Assembly (NCBI GenBank): GCA_021783595.1
Contig: JAJXTS010000002.1
Span: forward strand, 1-55,618
Reading direction: 5' to 3'
Origin: Chloroflexota bacterium
GTDB lineage: Bacteria; Chloroflexota; Limnocylindria; Limnocylindrales; CSP1-4
Length of the DNA: 55,618 bases
This document shows positions 16,032-24,884 of this stretch, piece by piece. A program made the translations under genes and the position numbers. Numbering within the stretch: position 1 is the first letter of the stretch; every line of letters begins with the position of its first letter. The notes under the pieces were generated by a model, which was not told the origin of the DNA, did not search any database, and saw only the letters and a list, made by a program, of their open reading frames with translations.

Positions 16032-17360
16032 TCACATGGCGGGCAGCGCCACCATGAACCGCGAGCCGCCGTAGCCGTTCCTCTCGATCCAGACCCTGCC
16101 GCCCATGGCCTCCATCAGCCGCCGGGCGGCGAACAGCCCGATGCCCGACCCGCGCGAGCGCGCCCGGTCCAGCCGCACGTAGGGCTGGAACACGGCCTCC
16201 CAGTCCTCGATCGGCACGCCCGGCCCGTCGTCGGTGATGTAGACCTGCACCTCGTCGCCGACGCGCCAAACGCCGATGGACACGGCCTGCTCGGGCGGGG
16301 CGTACTTCGCCTCGTTGTCGAGGATCTGCTCCAGGACCTGCCCGAACCGCGCCACGTCACCGCGCGCGATGAGCTGCGCATCGGGCGGGTACCAGCGGAC
16401 GGCGCGGGTCCGCAGCAGCAGCCCCAGCGTGCCGACGGTCCCGGCAATCGCGGCCACGACGTCGAACGGCTCGCGGCGGAGCCCCGTCAGCCCCTCGCCG
16501 CGCACCGACGCGAGGATGCCGTCCACGAGGCGGTCGAGACGGCTGACCTGGTCCACGGCACTGGCGCGCCACGCCTCGGCCTGTGTCCGCCGGTCGTCGT
16601 CGGTGACGGCGGCCGCGGCGTCGGCCAGCAGGTCCACGTAGGCGCGCACCACGGCCAGAGGTGTCCGGAGCTCATGGGTCACCACCGACAGCAGCTCGGC
16701 CCGCGCCGCGTCCAGCTGCGAGAGCCGGTCGAGCTGCGCCTCCGCCTCGGCCTGCATCCGACCCTTCTCCACCAGGCCGCCGAGCAGCGCCGCGATGGTG
16801 CCCAGGAACTCCATCTCGTCGGCGGTGAAGTCGCGGACGGCCGCCGTCTGGACGTTTACCACGCCCACGAGCCGCTCGTTCCAGAGCAGCGGCACGGACA
16901 GCATCGCGTGCAGGCCGTGGATGTCGAAGCCGCGCACCCATGAGAACTGGCTGTCGCCGGTGACGTCCCGCGAGGCCAGCGGCCGGCGGCTCCGGGCTGC
17001 CCGGCCCGTGATCCCCTGGCCCACCGCGAGGCTGACCTGACCGACCTGCTCGGCGTCGAGCCCGTTCGTGGCCGCGAGCGTCAGCCGGTCCCCGTCGCGG
17101 TCGAGCAGGTAGACCGAGCAGACCTCGACGCCCATGGCCACGGTGGTGCGGTCCACGATCGTCCGCATCAGCTCGTCCCAGTCGCGCGCCTCGGTGAGCA
17201 GCTGGGCGAACTCGTGGAGGAAGGCGAGCTGGTGCACGCGCCCCGATGACGCCGGCGACGCGGCCGTCGCGGGCGAGGAGGGGGTGGCGGCCGGCTCGGC
17301 GATCTTGGCGCCCGCCGCGGTTGGCTTCGCGGGCTTGGGCCGGGAGGGCTTGCTCGTCAC
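16032..17360 (-). CDS. cytoplasmic GAF-domain sensor histidine kinase
   Basis: 442-aa ORF with no TM segments. A GAF-like region precedes the H-box VVTHELRTPLA. N, G1 and G2 boxes are present (ILDNEAKYAP, TDDGPGV, GSGIGL). Confidence 0.88.
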   Translation of the reverse strand: MTSKPSRPKPAKPTAAGAKIAEPAATPSSPATAASPASSGRVHQLAFLHEFAQLLTEARDWDELMRTIVDRTTVAMGVEVCSVYLLDRDGDRLTLAATNGLDAEQVGQVSLAVGQGITGRAARSRRPLASRDVTGDSQFSWVRGFDIHGLHAMLSVPLLWNERLVGVVNVQTAAVRDFTADEMEFLGTIAALLGGLVEKGRMQAEAEAQLDRLSQLDAARAELLSVVTHELRTPLAVVRAYVDLLADAAAAVTDDDRRTQAEAWRASAVDQVSRLDRLVDGILASVRGEGLTGLRREPFDVVAAIAGTVGTLGLLLRTRAVRWYPPDAQLIARGDVARFGQVLEQILDNEAKYAPPEQAVSIGVWRVGDEVQVYITDDGPGVPIEDWEAVFQPYVRLDRARSRGSGIGLFAARRLMEAMGGRVWIERNGYGGSRFMVALPAM

Positions 17361-17380
17361 CCCACCAGCCTACGGTATCG

Positions 17381-18661
17381 TCACCGCTCGGCGACAGCCT
17401 CCGTGACGGCCGTGGGCAGGCTCGGGAGCAGCGGGTTCGTCCACGTCCACGCCGCGCCGTGGTGCTTGCCCACCGCGCCGTGCCGCGCCGCCTCGACGCG
17501 GAGCGGCAGCCCGTAGATCTCGATGAAGCCAACCGCGGACGCATGGTCGAACGCGTCGCCGTCCTCGTACGTGGCGAGGTTCTTGTCGTACAGCGAGAGC
17601 GGGGAGCGGCGGCCCACCACGTAGGCCCGGCCGTGGTCGAGTCGCAGGCGCACCTCGCCCGACACCACGCGCTGGCTGCTCATCGCGTACGCGCGCAGGT
17701 CGCGCGACAGGGCGCTGAACCACAGGCCGTCGTAGATGATCTGGCTCAGCTCGTCGGCGACGAACCGGTTGAAGCGCAGCTGCTCCCGCGACAGCACCAG
17801 GCCCTCCAGAGCGTGGTGGGCAGCGTGCAGGATCACCGCCGCCGGCGCCTCGTAGATCTCGCGGCTCTTGATGCCGATCAGCCGGTCCTCGACATGGTCG
17901 ATGCGCCCCACGCCGTGGGCGGCCCCCAGCGCGTGCAGCCGCTCCACGAGCGCCGCGCCGGAGAGGTCCTCGCCGTCCACCGCCACCGGGACCCCGCCCT
18001 CGAAGGCGATGGTGACCTCGACCGGGTCGGGCGCGTCCGCCGCCCGGACGGTCCACGCGTAGGCGTCCTCGGGCGGGGTTGCCCAGGGGTCCTCGAGCGG
18101 GCCCGCCTCGCACGAGCGGCCCCACAGGTTCACGTCGATGGACCACGGGGTCTGGCGGGCGTCCGGCACCTCGATGCCGCGCCGGGCCGCGAACGCCACC
18201 GTCTGCTCGCGCGTGAGGCCCATGCCCACGCGCATCGGGGCGATGACCTCGAGCCCGGGGTCGAGGGCGTGGACCGCGACGTCGAAGCGGACCTGGTCAT
18301 TGCCCTTGCCCGTGCAGCCGTGCGCGACGGCCTCGGCGCCCTCCTTCTGGGCCACCTCGACGAGCAGCTGCGCGAGCAGCGGCCGGGCGAGCGCCGTGGC
18401 GAGCGGGTAGGCGCCCTGGTACACGGCCCCGGCCTGGAGCGCGCGCCAGACATACTGGCTCACGAACGTCTCGCGGGCGTTCACGACGTAGGCGCGCGAG
18501 GCGCCGGCGCTCATGGCACCCCGCTCGGTGCCCTCCTTGAGCGACCCACCGCCGAGGTCCACGGTGAGGGTGACGACCTCGGCCCCGTACTGCTCCCTGA
18601 GCCACGCGACCGCGACGGAGGTGTCCAGGCCGCCGGAGTAGGCGAGCACGACCTTGTTCAT
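17381..18661 (-). CDS. argG: argininosuccinate synthase
   Basis: Starts MNKVVLAYSGGLDTSV (ATP-binding motif), with GCTGKGNDQVRF further in. 426 aa. Confidence 0.95.
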   Translation of the reverse strand: MNKVVLAYSGGLDTSVAVAWLREQYGAEVVTLTVDLGGGSLKEGTERGAMSAGASRAYVVNARETFVSQYVWRALQAGAVYQGAYPLATALARPLLAQLLVEVAQKEGAEAVAHGCTGKGNDQVRFDVAVHALDPGLEVIAPMRVGMGLTREQTVAFAARRGIEVPDARQTPWSIDVNLWGRSCEAGPLEDPWATPPEDAYAWTVRAADAPDPVEVTIAFEGGVPVAVDGEDLSGAALVERLHALGAAHGVGRIDHVEDRLIGIKSREIYEAPAAVILHAAHHALEGLVLSREQLRFNRFVADELSQIIYDGLWFSALSRDLRAYAMSSQRVVSGEVRLRLDHGRAYVVGRRSPLSLYDKNLATYEDGDAFDHASAVGFIEIYGLPLRVEAARHGAVGKHHGAAWTWTNPLLPSLPTAVTEAVAER

Positions 18662-19170
18662 CGAGCGATGGCCTCCGTGACTGCGGCCGCCTCGGCCTGG
18701 GCTTGGAGCGCGGTGAACCGCTCGAGCCAGCGCAGCAGCACCGGCTCGTCGGGGAACAGGACGATGAGCGTGTTGTCGCCGGCGAGGGTACCCACCTGCT
18801 CGGTCAGCGTGGACTCGTCGATCGCCTGGGCGATCACGTTGGCGGTGCCCGCCTGGCCGGTGACGACCAGGATCAGGCCGCTGCGAGCGACGGTCACCGG
18901 GATGTCGGCGAGGATCCGCCGCAGCCGCTCGTCACCCCGCGGGCGGGCGACCCCGGTGAGCGACTCGGGCAGGACGTAGACGGAGTGCTCGCCGCGCATC
19001 ACCTTGGCCAGCCCCAGCTCCGCGATGTCCCGGGAGACCGTGGCCTGGGTGACCTCGAAGCCGAGGGCGGACAGCCCGGCCACCAGCTCCCCCTGACTCG
19101 CGATGGGGCGGTCGGCGACAAGGCGGCGGATGGCGGCGTGGCGGTCGCGCCGCGCAAGCACGGCGGTCAC
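18658..19170 (-). CDS. argR: arginine repressor
   Basis: C-terminal 170 aa of ORF 18658..19809. Winged-helix region: IASQGELVAGLSALGFEVTQATVSRDIAELGL. C-terminal oligomerisation/arginine-binding domain contains GTLAGDNT. GTG 19170 overlaps the argB stop codon as GTGA. Confidence 0.88.
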   Translation of the reverse strand: MTAVLARRDRHAAIRRLVADRPIASQGELVAGLSALGFEVTQATVSRDIAELGLAKVMRGEHSVYVLPESLTGVARPRGDERLRRILADIPVTVARSGLILVVTGQAGTANVIAQAIDESTLTEQVGTLAGDNTLIVLFPDEPVLLRWLERFTALQAQAEAAAVTEAIAR

Positions 19171-19943
19171 GCGGCGCCGGCCCCGGCCCGGACGCGAGTC
19201 CCGAAGTGGGGGTCTTCGAGCGCCCGGGCGAGCGCGCGGGTCGCGGACCCGTCCGCGACGATCGCCTCGGTGCCGTCCCAGGCGAGGGCGGACAGCGCCG
19301 CCCTGACCTTGGGGATCATGCCGCCGCGGATCGTCCCGTCCGCGATGAGCGCCTCGGCCTGCGCGGGCGTGATCGAGTCGAGCTTGCGGCCCGCGGCGTC
19401 GCGGATGCCGTCCACGTCGGTCATCAGCACCAGCTGGCGCGCCCCGAGCCCGGCGGCGAGCCCGGCGGCAGCATCGTCGGCGTTCACGTTGCACACGACG
19501 CCGTCCTCGTCGCGGGCGAGCGGCGCCACCACGGGCACCTGGCCCGCGACCAGCAGCGAGTCGATGAGATCGCGGCGCACGCCGGTGACGGTGGCCACCA
19601 GGCCCACGTCCGGGAGCCGCTCGCCGATCAGCAGCCCGCCGTCCACGCCGGACAGGCCCACGGCGTCGCAGCCCTCGTCGCGGAGGGCGGCCACGAGCTC
19701 GGAGTTGACGACGCCCCGCAGGACCGCGGCCGCCACCTCGAGCGCCGCGGGATCGGTGACGCGGAGCCCGCCCTCGAACCGGGTCTCGACGCCCAGTCGC
19801 TCCAGCCACTCGGTCATGCGCTTGCCGCCGCCGTGCACGAGCACCACCGGCCGGCGCCGGGCGACCTGAGCCACCTCCGCGAGGACCTGGCGCTGCTCGG
19901 CCAGCGTCGTCCCGCCGAGCTTGACGACCACGACCTCGCTCAT
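19167..19943 (-). CDS. argB: acetylglutamate kinase (short form, 258 aa)
   Basis: Starts MSEVVVVKLGGTT, followed by VLVHGGG, NVNADDAA and the GGMIPKV motif. Confidence 0.9.
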   Translation of the reverse strand: MSEVVVVKLGGTTLAEQRQVLAEVAQVARRRPVVLVHGGGKRMTEWLERLGVETRFEGGLRVTDPAALEVAAAVLRGVVNSELVAALRDEGCDAVGLSGVDGGLLIGERLPDVGLVATVTGVRRDLIDSLLVAGQVPVVAPLARDEDGVVCNVNADDAAAGLAAGLGARQLVLMTDVDGIRDAAGRKLDSITPAQAEALIADGTIRGGMIPKVRAALSALAWDGTEAIVADGSATRALARALEDPHFGTRVRAGAGAA

Positions 19944-19974
19944 GCGGACCTCCGGCGCGCGGTGGTGGCGGCGC

Positions 19975-21351
19975 TCACGTGGTGTACTCCGAGTTCTCCC
20001 TGACGTACGCCTCGGTCAGCGGGCAGCCGAAGGCCTCGCCGGTGCCGTGGCCCAGCCCCAGGTCCACGCGGACCAGGACCTCCTCGGCGTCCATCGCGAC
20101 GCGGGCCGCCGCCTTGTCGATCCCGACCGGCCCGCCGCCGGCGCCGTCGTACGCGAGGTGGCCGGCGATGGCGATCCGCATCCGGGCCGGGTCCACCGCG
20201 GCCGCCTGGCCAGCGCGCGAGGCGGCCTCCTCCGGGCCGAGCCCGGCGGCCTCGAGCACGGTGGCCTCGGCCACGAGCGCGTTGCCGGCTGCCCCGGCGA
20301 TGCGCCCCCAGTTGGCGTCCTTGCCGTGCACGGCCGCCTTGACGAGCGACGAGCTGATGACCGCGCGGGCGACGGCTCGGGCGTCCGCGTCGTCGGCGGC
20401 GCCGGTGACCTGGCAGGTGATGAGCGCCGTCGCGCCCTCGCCGTCGCGCGCCTGCTGGCGGGCGAGGTCGCGGGCGACGGCCGTGATGGCCGCGCCGAGG
20501 ATCGCGCGCGTCTCGGGGTCGTCGTCGGCGGACCTGGCCCCGGCGGCTCCCGACGCGAGCGCGAAGACGGTGTCGTTGGTGCTCGTGTCGCCGTCCACCG
20601 AGAGCTGGTCCCAGGTCGTGGCGGCGGCCCCCCGCAGCAGCGTCCGCAGCGTGGCCGGCGAGGCGGTGGCATCGGTCAGCACCACCGAGAGCATCGTCGC
20701 CATGCGCGGGTGGATCATCCCGACGCCCTTGGCGATGCCGCTGACGGTGACCGCGACCGTGCCGCCGGCCGCTCCCGGCAGGCGGACCGCGACGCTGGCG
20801 GCCTTGGTGGTCGTGTCGGTGGTCCGGAGGGAGACGGCGGCCCGGCCGAACGCGCTGTCGCTGGCCTCGAGGCCGTCCGGCACCACGCGCCGGATCGTCG
20901 CGACCACCTTGTCCACCGGCAGCCGGATGCCGATGATGCCGGTCGAGAGGTGGAGCACCTGGGCGGGGTCCGTGCCGAGGGCATCCGCCAAGGCCCGTCC
21001 GATGGCGGCCTGGTCCGCGTCGCCCGCCTCGCCGGTGGCCGCGTTGGCCGAGCCGGAGGTGGCGACGACCGCGGTCGCGTAGCCGCAGGTCGCCGGCGAG
21101 CCGCCCGTCGCCTGCAGGTTGGCGCGCGACAGCCGCACGGGCGCCGCGGCGAACCGGTTGGGCGTGAACACCGCGGCCGCCGGCACCGGGCCGCCGGTGG
21201 CGACGACCAGCGCGAAGTCGGGGCGGCCGGACACCTTGATCCCCGCCGTGGTGCCGGCCGCGGCGAACCCGGCGGGCATCCGGGCCGCGCGCTGCGCCTC
21301 GGGGAGCGTGTGGGGGAGCGGCGCGAGCATCGGGTCGGGGACAGGCTGCAT
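19975..21351 (-). CDS. argJ: bifunctional glutamate N-acetyltransferase / amino-acid acetyltransferase
   Basis: ArgJ motifs are present: GFAAAGTTAGIK, and the self-cleavage region HPRMATMLSVVLTDA. The start could lie a few codons downstream. Confidence 0.9.
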   Translation of the reverse strand: MQPVPDPMLAPLPHTLPEAQRAARMPAGFAAAGTTAGIKVSGRPDFALVVATGGPVPAAAVFTPNRFAAAPVRLSRANLQATGGSPATCGYATAVVATSGSANAATGEAGDADQAAIGRALADALGTDPAQVLHLSTGIIGIRLPVDKVVATIRRVVPDGLEASDSAFGRAAVSLRTTDTTTKAASVAVRLPGAAGGTVAVTVSGIAKGVGMIHPRMATMLSVVLTDATASPATLRTLLRGAAATTWDQLSVDGDTSTNDTVFALASGAAGARSADDDPETRAILGAAITAVARDLARQQARDGEGATALITCQVTGAADDADARAVARAVISSSLVKAAVHGKDANWGRIAGAAGNALVAEATVLEAAGLGPEEAASRAGQAAAVDPARMRIAIAGHLAYDGAGGGPVGIDKAAARVAMDAEEVLVRVDLGLGHGTGEAFGCPLTEAYVRENSEYTT

Positions 21352-21383
21352 GGCGGGCCTCGTCGGGTGGAGTGGGCGAACGC

Positions 21384-22529
21384 CTACGGCGCGAGCGGGA
21401 GTTGCAGGAGGCCGGCCGACTCGGGCAGGCCGTGGAGGACGTTGAAGGCCTGGATCGCCTGGCCGGCGGCGCCCTTGACCAGGTTGTCGAGCACGCCGAT
21501 GGCGAGGACGCGGCCGGTCCGCTCGTCCGCCTTGGCCCAGACCCGGAACTCGTTGGAGCCCGTGACGTGCTTGGTGGCGGGTGGCGTCGCGACGACGCTC
21601 ACGAAGGCCTCGCCCGCGTAGGCGTCGGCGTAGAGCTGGTCGAGCTCGGCCTGCGAGACGGGGCGTGTCGTGCGCACATGGCAGGCGGACAGGATGCCCC
21701 GCGTCATCGGGACCAGGTGCGGCAGGAAGTCGACGCCCGCGGCGCCCGGGTTGGCGTCCGGGACGGGGGACAGGCCCCGGAGCTCCTGCTCGATCTCGCC
21801 GATGTGGCGGTGGGTGAAGGCGCCGTACGCCTTGACGCTCTCGTTGACCTCGCCGAAGTGGAGGTCCGCCTTGGGGTCGCGGCCAGCGCCGGACACGCCG
21901 CTCTTCGCGTCAACCACGACGTCGGCGAGCAGACCCGCGCGCGCCAGCGGGGCGAGGGCAAGGATGGTCGTGGTGGCGTAGCAGCCGGGCGAGCCCACGA
22001 TCGCTCCTGGCCGCCGGCCGGCGGCCAGGAGCTCCGCGCGGTGGAGTTCCGGCAGTCCGTACACGGCGGTCTCGAGCAGCTCGGGCCGCGGGTGGTCGAA
22101 GTGGTACCAGGTCGCGTAGTCCGCCGGATCGCGGAGGCGGAAGTCCGGGCCGAGGTCGATGACCGTCTGACCGCGGCTCAGGAACTCGTCCACCCGCTGC
22201 GCCGCCACGCCGTGGGGGAGCGCAAGGAAGACCGCCTCGGCGTCCTCGGGCACGGTGTCGAAGACACGGAGGTCGCGCGTGGCGAGGTGCGGGTGGATGT
22301 GCGCGAGCGGGTCGCCCTGGCGCTCCCGGCCGATGAGCCCGGCGATCGCCGCGTGGGGGTGGAGCGCCAGCAGCCGGATCAGCTCGGCGCCGACGTACCC
22401 CGTGGCCCCGACGATCGCCACTCGGACGGGATCGCCGCCGGCGAGGGCGCGGGCGCCCCGTTGGGCCGGGGTGGCCGGGGTTGACGCACGCTCCGCCGCG
22501 GTCGCCGAACCCGTCGAGTCCGCGCTCAC
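21384..22529 (-). CDS. argC: N-acetyl-gamma-glutamyl-phosphate reductase
   Basis: VAIVGATGYVGAELIRLL NAD(P) motif and catalytic PGCYAT cysteine. GTG 22529 gives a ~35-aa N-terminal extension, so an internal GTG start is possible. Confidence 0.9.
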   Translation of the reverse strand: MSADSTGSATAAERASTPATPAQRGARALAGGDPVRVAIVGATGYVGAELIRLLALHPHAAIAGLIGRERQGDPLAHIHPHLATRDLRVFDTVPEDAEAVFLALPHGVAAQRVDEFLSRGQTVIDLGPDFRLRDPADYATWYHFDHPRPELLETAVYGLPELHRAELLAAGRRPGAIVGSPGCYATTTILALAPLARAGLLADVVVDAKSGVSGAGRDPKADLHFGEVNESVKAYGAFTHRHIGEIEQELRGLSPVPDANPGAAGVDFLPHLVPMTRGILSACHVRTTRPVSQAELDQLYADAYAGEAFVSVVATPPATKHVTGSNEFRVWAKADERTGRVLAIGVLDNLVKGAAGQAIQAFNVLHGLPESAGLLQLPLAP

Positions 22530-22600
22530 GGGCGCGCTGGGCCGCTCGCGGGCGGCCGGCTCGTGGGGTCGAGGATCGGGCGGAGGGTGGTCACCGGATG

Positions 22601-22629
22601 ACTATACAGCGCGGTGCATACTCATGCAA
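22601..22629 (-). promoter_or_regulatory. argC promoter (TTGCAT-17-TATAGT) overlapped by the ARG-box-like palindrome TGCATGAGTATGCA
   Basis: Minus strand reads gcgcacTTGCATGAGTATGCAccgcgctgTATAGT. The 14-bp palindrome (22615..22628) spans the -35 element and spacer. It lies ~70 nt upstream of the argC start, with argR inside the operon. Confidence 0.6.
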
Positions 22630-22665
22630 GTGCGCCGGGTGTGACCCGAGACGGTCGCGATTCGG

Positions 22666-23787
22666 CTACCAGGCGGCCTGGGCGACGTGCTCGATCACGC
22701 CCTCGCTCTCGAGCCAGCGCTCGGCGTCGAGCGCCGCGCGGGCGCCGTCGCCTGCGGCCGTGATCGCCTGGCGGTAGCGGTGGTCCGCCACGTCGCCCGC
22801 GATGAACACGCCCGGGATCCGGCTCGCCGTGTGCTCGTGGGGCATGAGGTAGCCCTTGTCGTCGGTCTCGAGCCAGTCGCGGAACACGTCCGTGTTGGGC
22901 CGGTGGCCGATCGCGATGAACAGTCCCTCCAGCGGCAGGACGCGCTCGCTGTCGTCCCGCGGGTCGCGCAGGCGCAGACCGTCCACGAACTCGCCGCCCA
23001 GGACCTCGGCCACCTCGGTGTTGGTGTGGACCTCGATCTTGGGGTTTCCGTAGGTCCGGTCGATCATGATCTTGCTGGCGCGGAAGCCGTCGCGGCGGTG
23101 GATCAGGTGGACCTTGGTGGCGAAGCGGGTGAGGTAGTTGGCCTCCTCCATGGCTGAGTCGCCGCCGCCCACCACGGCGATCTCCTTGTCGCGGAAGAAG
23201 AAGCCGTCGCAGGTGGCGCAGGCCGACACCCCGCGGCCGCGCAGACGCTGCTCGCTCTCGAGGTTGAGCCACAGGGCCGACGCGCCGGTGGCCAGGATCA
23301 GCGTCTGGCCACGGAACTCCAGGCCGCGCGCCCAGGCGCGGAACGGGCGGGCGGACAGGTCCACGCGGTCCACGTCGAAATCGTGGAAGCGGGCGCCGAA
23401 CCGCTCCGCCTGCGCGCGGAAGCGGTTCATGAGCTCGGGCCCGTCGACGCCCTCGGGGAAGCCCGGGAAGTTCTCGATCTCGCTGGTCAGCATGAGCTGG
23501 CCCCCGGGGGTCGAGCCGCCCAGGACCACGGGCTCCAGATTGGCGCGCGCGGCGTAGATGGCCGCGGTCAGGCCGGCGGGACCCGAGCCGATGATCAGGA
23601 CCCTCGTCTCGGTGGGGAGCCCGTCCCCGAGCGGCTCGTCGGCCGGCGCGTCGCCTCCGGCGAGGTCGCCGCCGATGACGGACAGGCCCCCGAACGGCGC
23701 GCCGCCTCCGGAGCCGAAGTTGATGGTGCGGCCCGCGAGCGGGCTGGCCGGGGCGTCGGCAGACTCGGGTCGGTGCTGGTCGGTCAT
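22666..23787 (-). CDS. trxB: thioredoxin-disulfide reductase with ~58-aa low-complexity N-terminal extension
   Basis: VLIIGSGPAGLTAA FAD motif, CATCDG redox-active disulfide, and VVGGGDSAMEEA NADPH motif. I trimmed the start to ATG 23787 because GC3 drops upstream of it (ORF track start is 23874). Confidence 0.88.
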   Translation of the reverse strand: MTDQHRPESADAPASPLAGRTINFGSGGGAPFGGLSVIGGDLAGGDAPADEPLGDGLPTETRVLIIGSGPAGLTAAIYAARANLEPVVLGGSTPGGQLMLTSEIENFPGFPEGVDGPELMNRFRAQAERFGARFHDFDVDRVDLSARPFRAWARGLEFRGQTLILATGASALWLNLESEQRLRGRGVSACATCDGFFFRDKEIAVVGGGDSAMEEANYLTRFATKVHLIHRRDGFRASKIMIDRTYGNPKIEVHTNTEVAEVLGGEFVDGLRLRDPRDDSERVLPLEGLFIAIGHRPNTDVFRDWLETDDKGYLMPHEHTASRIPGVFIAGDVADHRYRQAITAAGDGARAALDAERWLESEGVIEHVAQAAW

Positions 23788-23902
23788 GGTCGGGTGTTGG
23801 TCTCGTGCGCGGGTTTTCTTCAGCCCAACTTTACCACCGACCGTGTCCGCATACCCCTGGGGGGTATCGGTCACGCTCGCCGCCGGCCGAGGTGGCCCCA
23901 GC

Positions 23903-24796
23903 CTAGAGGGCGTGCAGCCCGGGCAGCACGTCCCGGCCGAGAACCTCCATCACCCGCGGGTCCCAGACGTCCTGGACGCCGAAGACGATGTGCTGGGCGC
24001 CCGCGCCGGCGAGCTCGCCGAACCGGTCCACCACCTGCGCGGGCGCCTCGCCCTCGCTGCCGCCGACGGACAGGCGCACCGACTGCAGCGTCGATCGCTC
24101 GATCTCGTCGGGGTTGCGCCCGATGGCCTCGCAGTGCTCCCGGAGGACGTCGTACTTGTGGCGGATCACCGCCGGCGCGCCGAACACGTTGCAGCCGTCG
24201 CCGTACTGGGCCACCAGGCGGAGCGTCTTGCGCTCGCCGCCGCCGCCGATCATCACCGGCGGGTGCGGTCGCGTGATCGCCTGGGGCGAGTTGAGCAGGC
24301 GCCCGGCCCGCGTGTGCCGACCCTCGAACGGAGCCTCCGAACCTCGCTCGCCTCGCCACATCTCGTGCGTCAGGCGGAGCGTGTCCTCGAGCATCTCGAA
24401 GCGCTCGGCGAGCGGCGGGAAGGGGAAGCCGAGCCCGTTGGACTCGTCCTCGTTCCAGGCCGCGCCGATGCCGAGCCAGGCGCGCCCGCCCGAGAGCACG
24501 TCGAGCGTGGTGGCGGCCTTGGCCCACAGGCCCGGCGCCCGGTAGTGGACGCCGCCCACCATCAGGCCCAGCCGCGCCCGCGAGGTGTTCGCGGCCAGGA
24601 ACCCGAGCGTGGTCCAGCCCTCGAGCATCGGCTCCTCGGGGCGCCCGACGCCGCGGATCTGGAAGAAGTGGTCCATCACCCAGATGGAATCGAAGCCGGC
24701 GTCGTCGGCGTCGCGTGCCACGCGGGCGAGGGTGGGGGCAATGGCCTCGGCGCCGCCGGGCCACGTGAACGAGGGGATCTGCAGGCCAACCTTCAT
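23903..24796 (-). CDS. LLM-class (luciferase-like) F420-dependent oxidoreductase
   Basis: 297 aa, starting MKVGLQIPSFTWPGG...FDSIWVMDHFFQ, which is typical of the Rv1855c-like LLM family. It sits adjacent to the F420 biosynthesis genes. Confidence 0.85.
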   Translation of the reverse strand: MKVGLQIPSFTWPGGAEAIAPTLARVARDADDAGFDSIWVMDHFFQIRGVGRPEEPMLEGWTTLGFLAANTSRARLGLMVGGVHYRAPGLWAKAATTLDVLSGGRAWLGIGAAWNEDESNGLGFPFPPLAERFEMLEDTLRLTHEMWRGERGSEAPFEGRHTRAGRLLNSPQAITRPHPPVMIGGGGERKTLRLVAQYGDGCNVFGAPAVIRHKYDVLREHCEAIGRNPDEIERSTLQSVRLSVGGSEGEAPAQVVDRFGELAGAGAQHIVFGVQDVWDPRVMEVLGRDVLPGLHAL

Positions 24797-24884
24797 GCCC
24801 AGCAGGGTAGCGCGCCCGCGGCGGAATGCCTGCCGCCGTGTCGCCGGGGCCCGGCCCCCGGGCTCGTCCGACGCGGGCGGGCCC

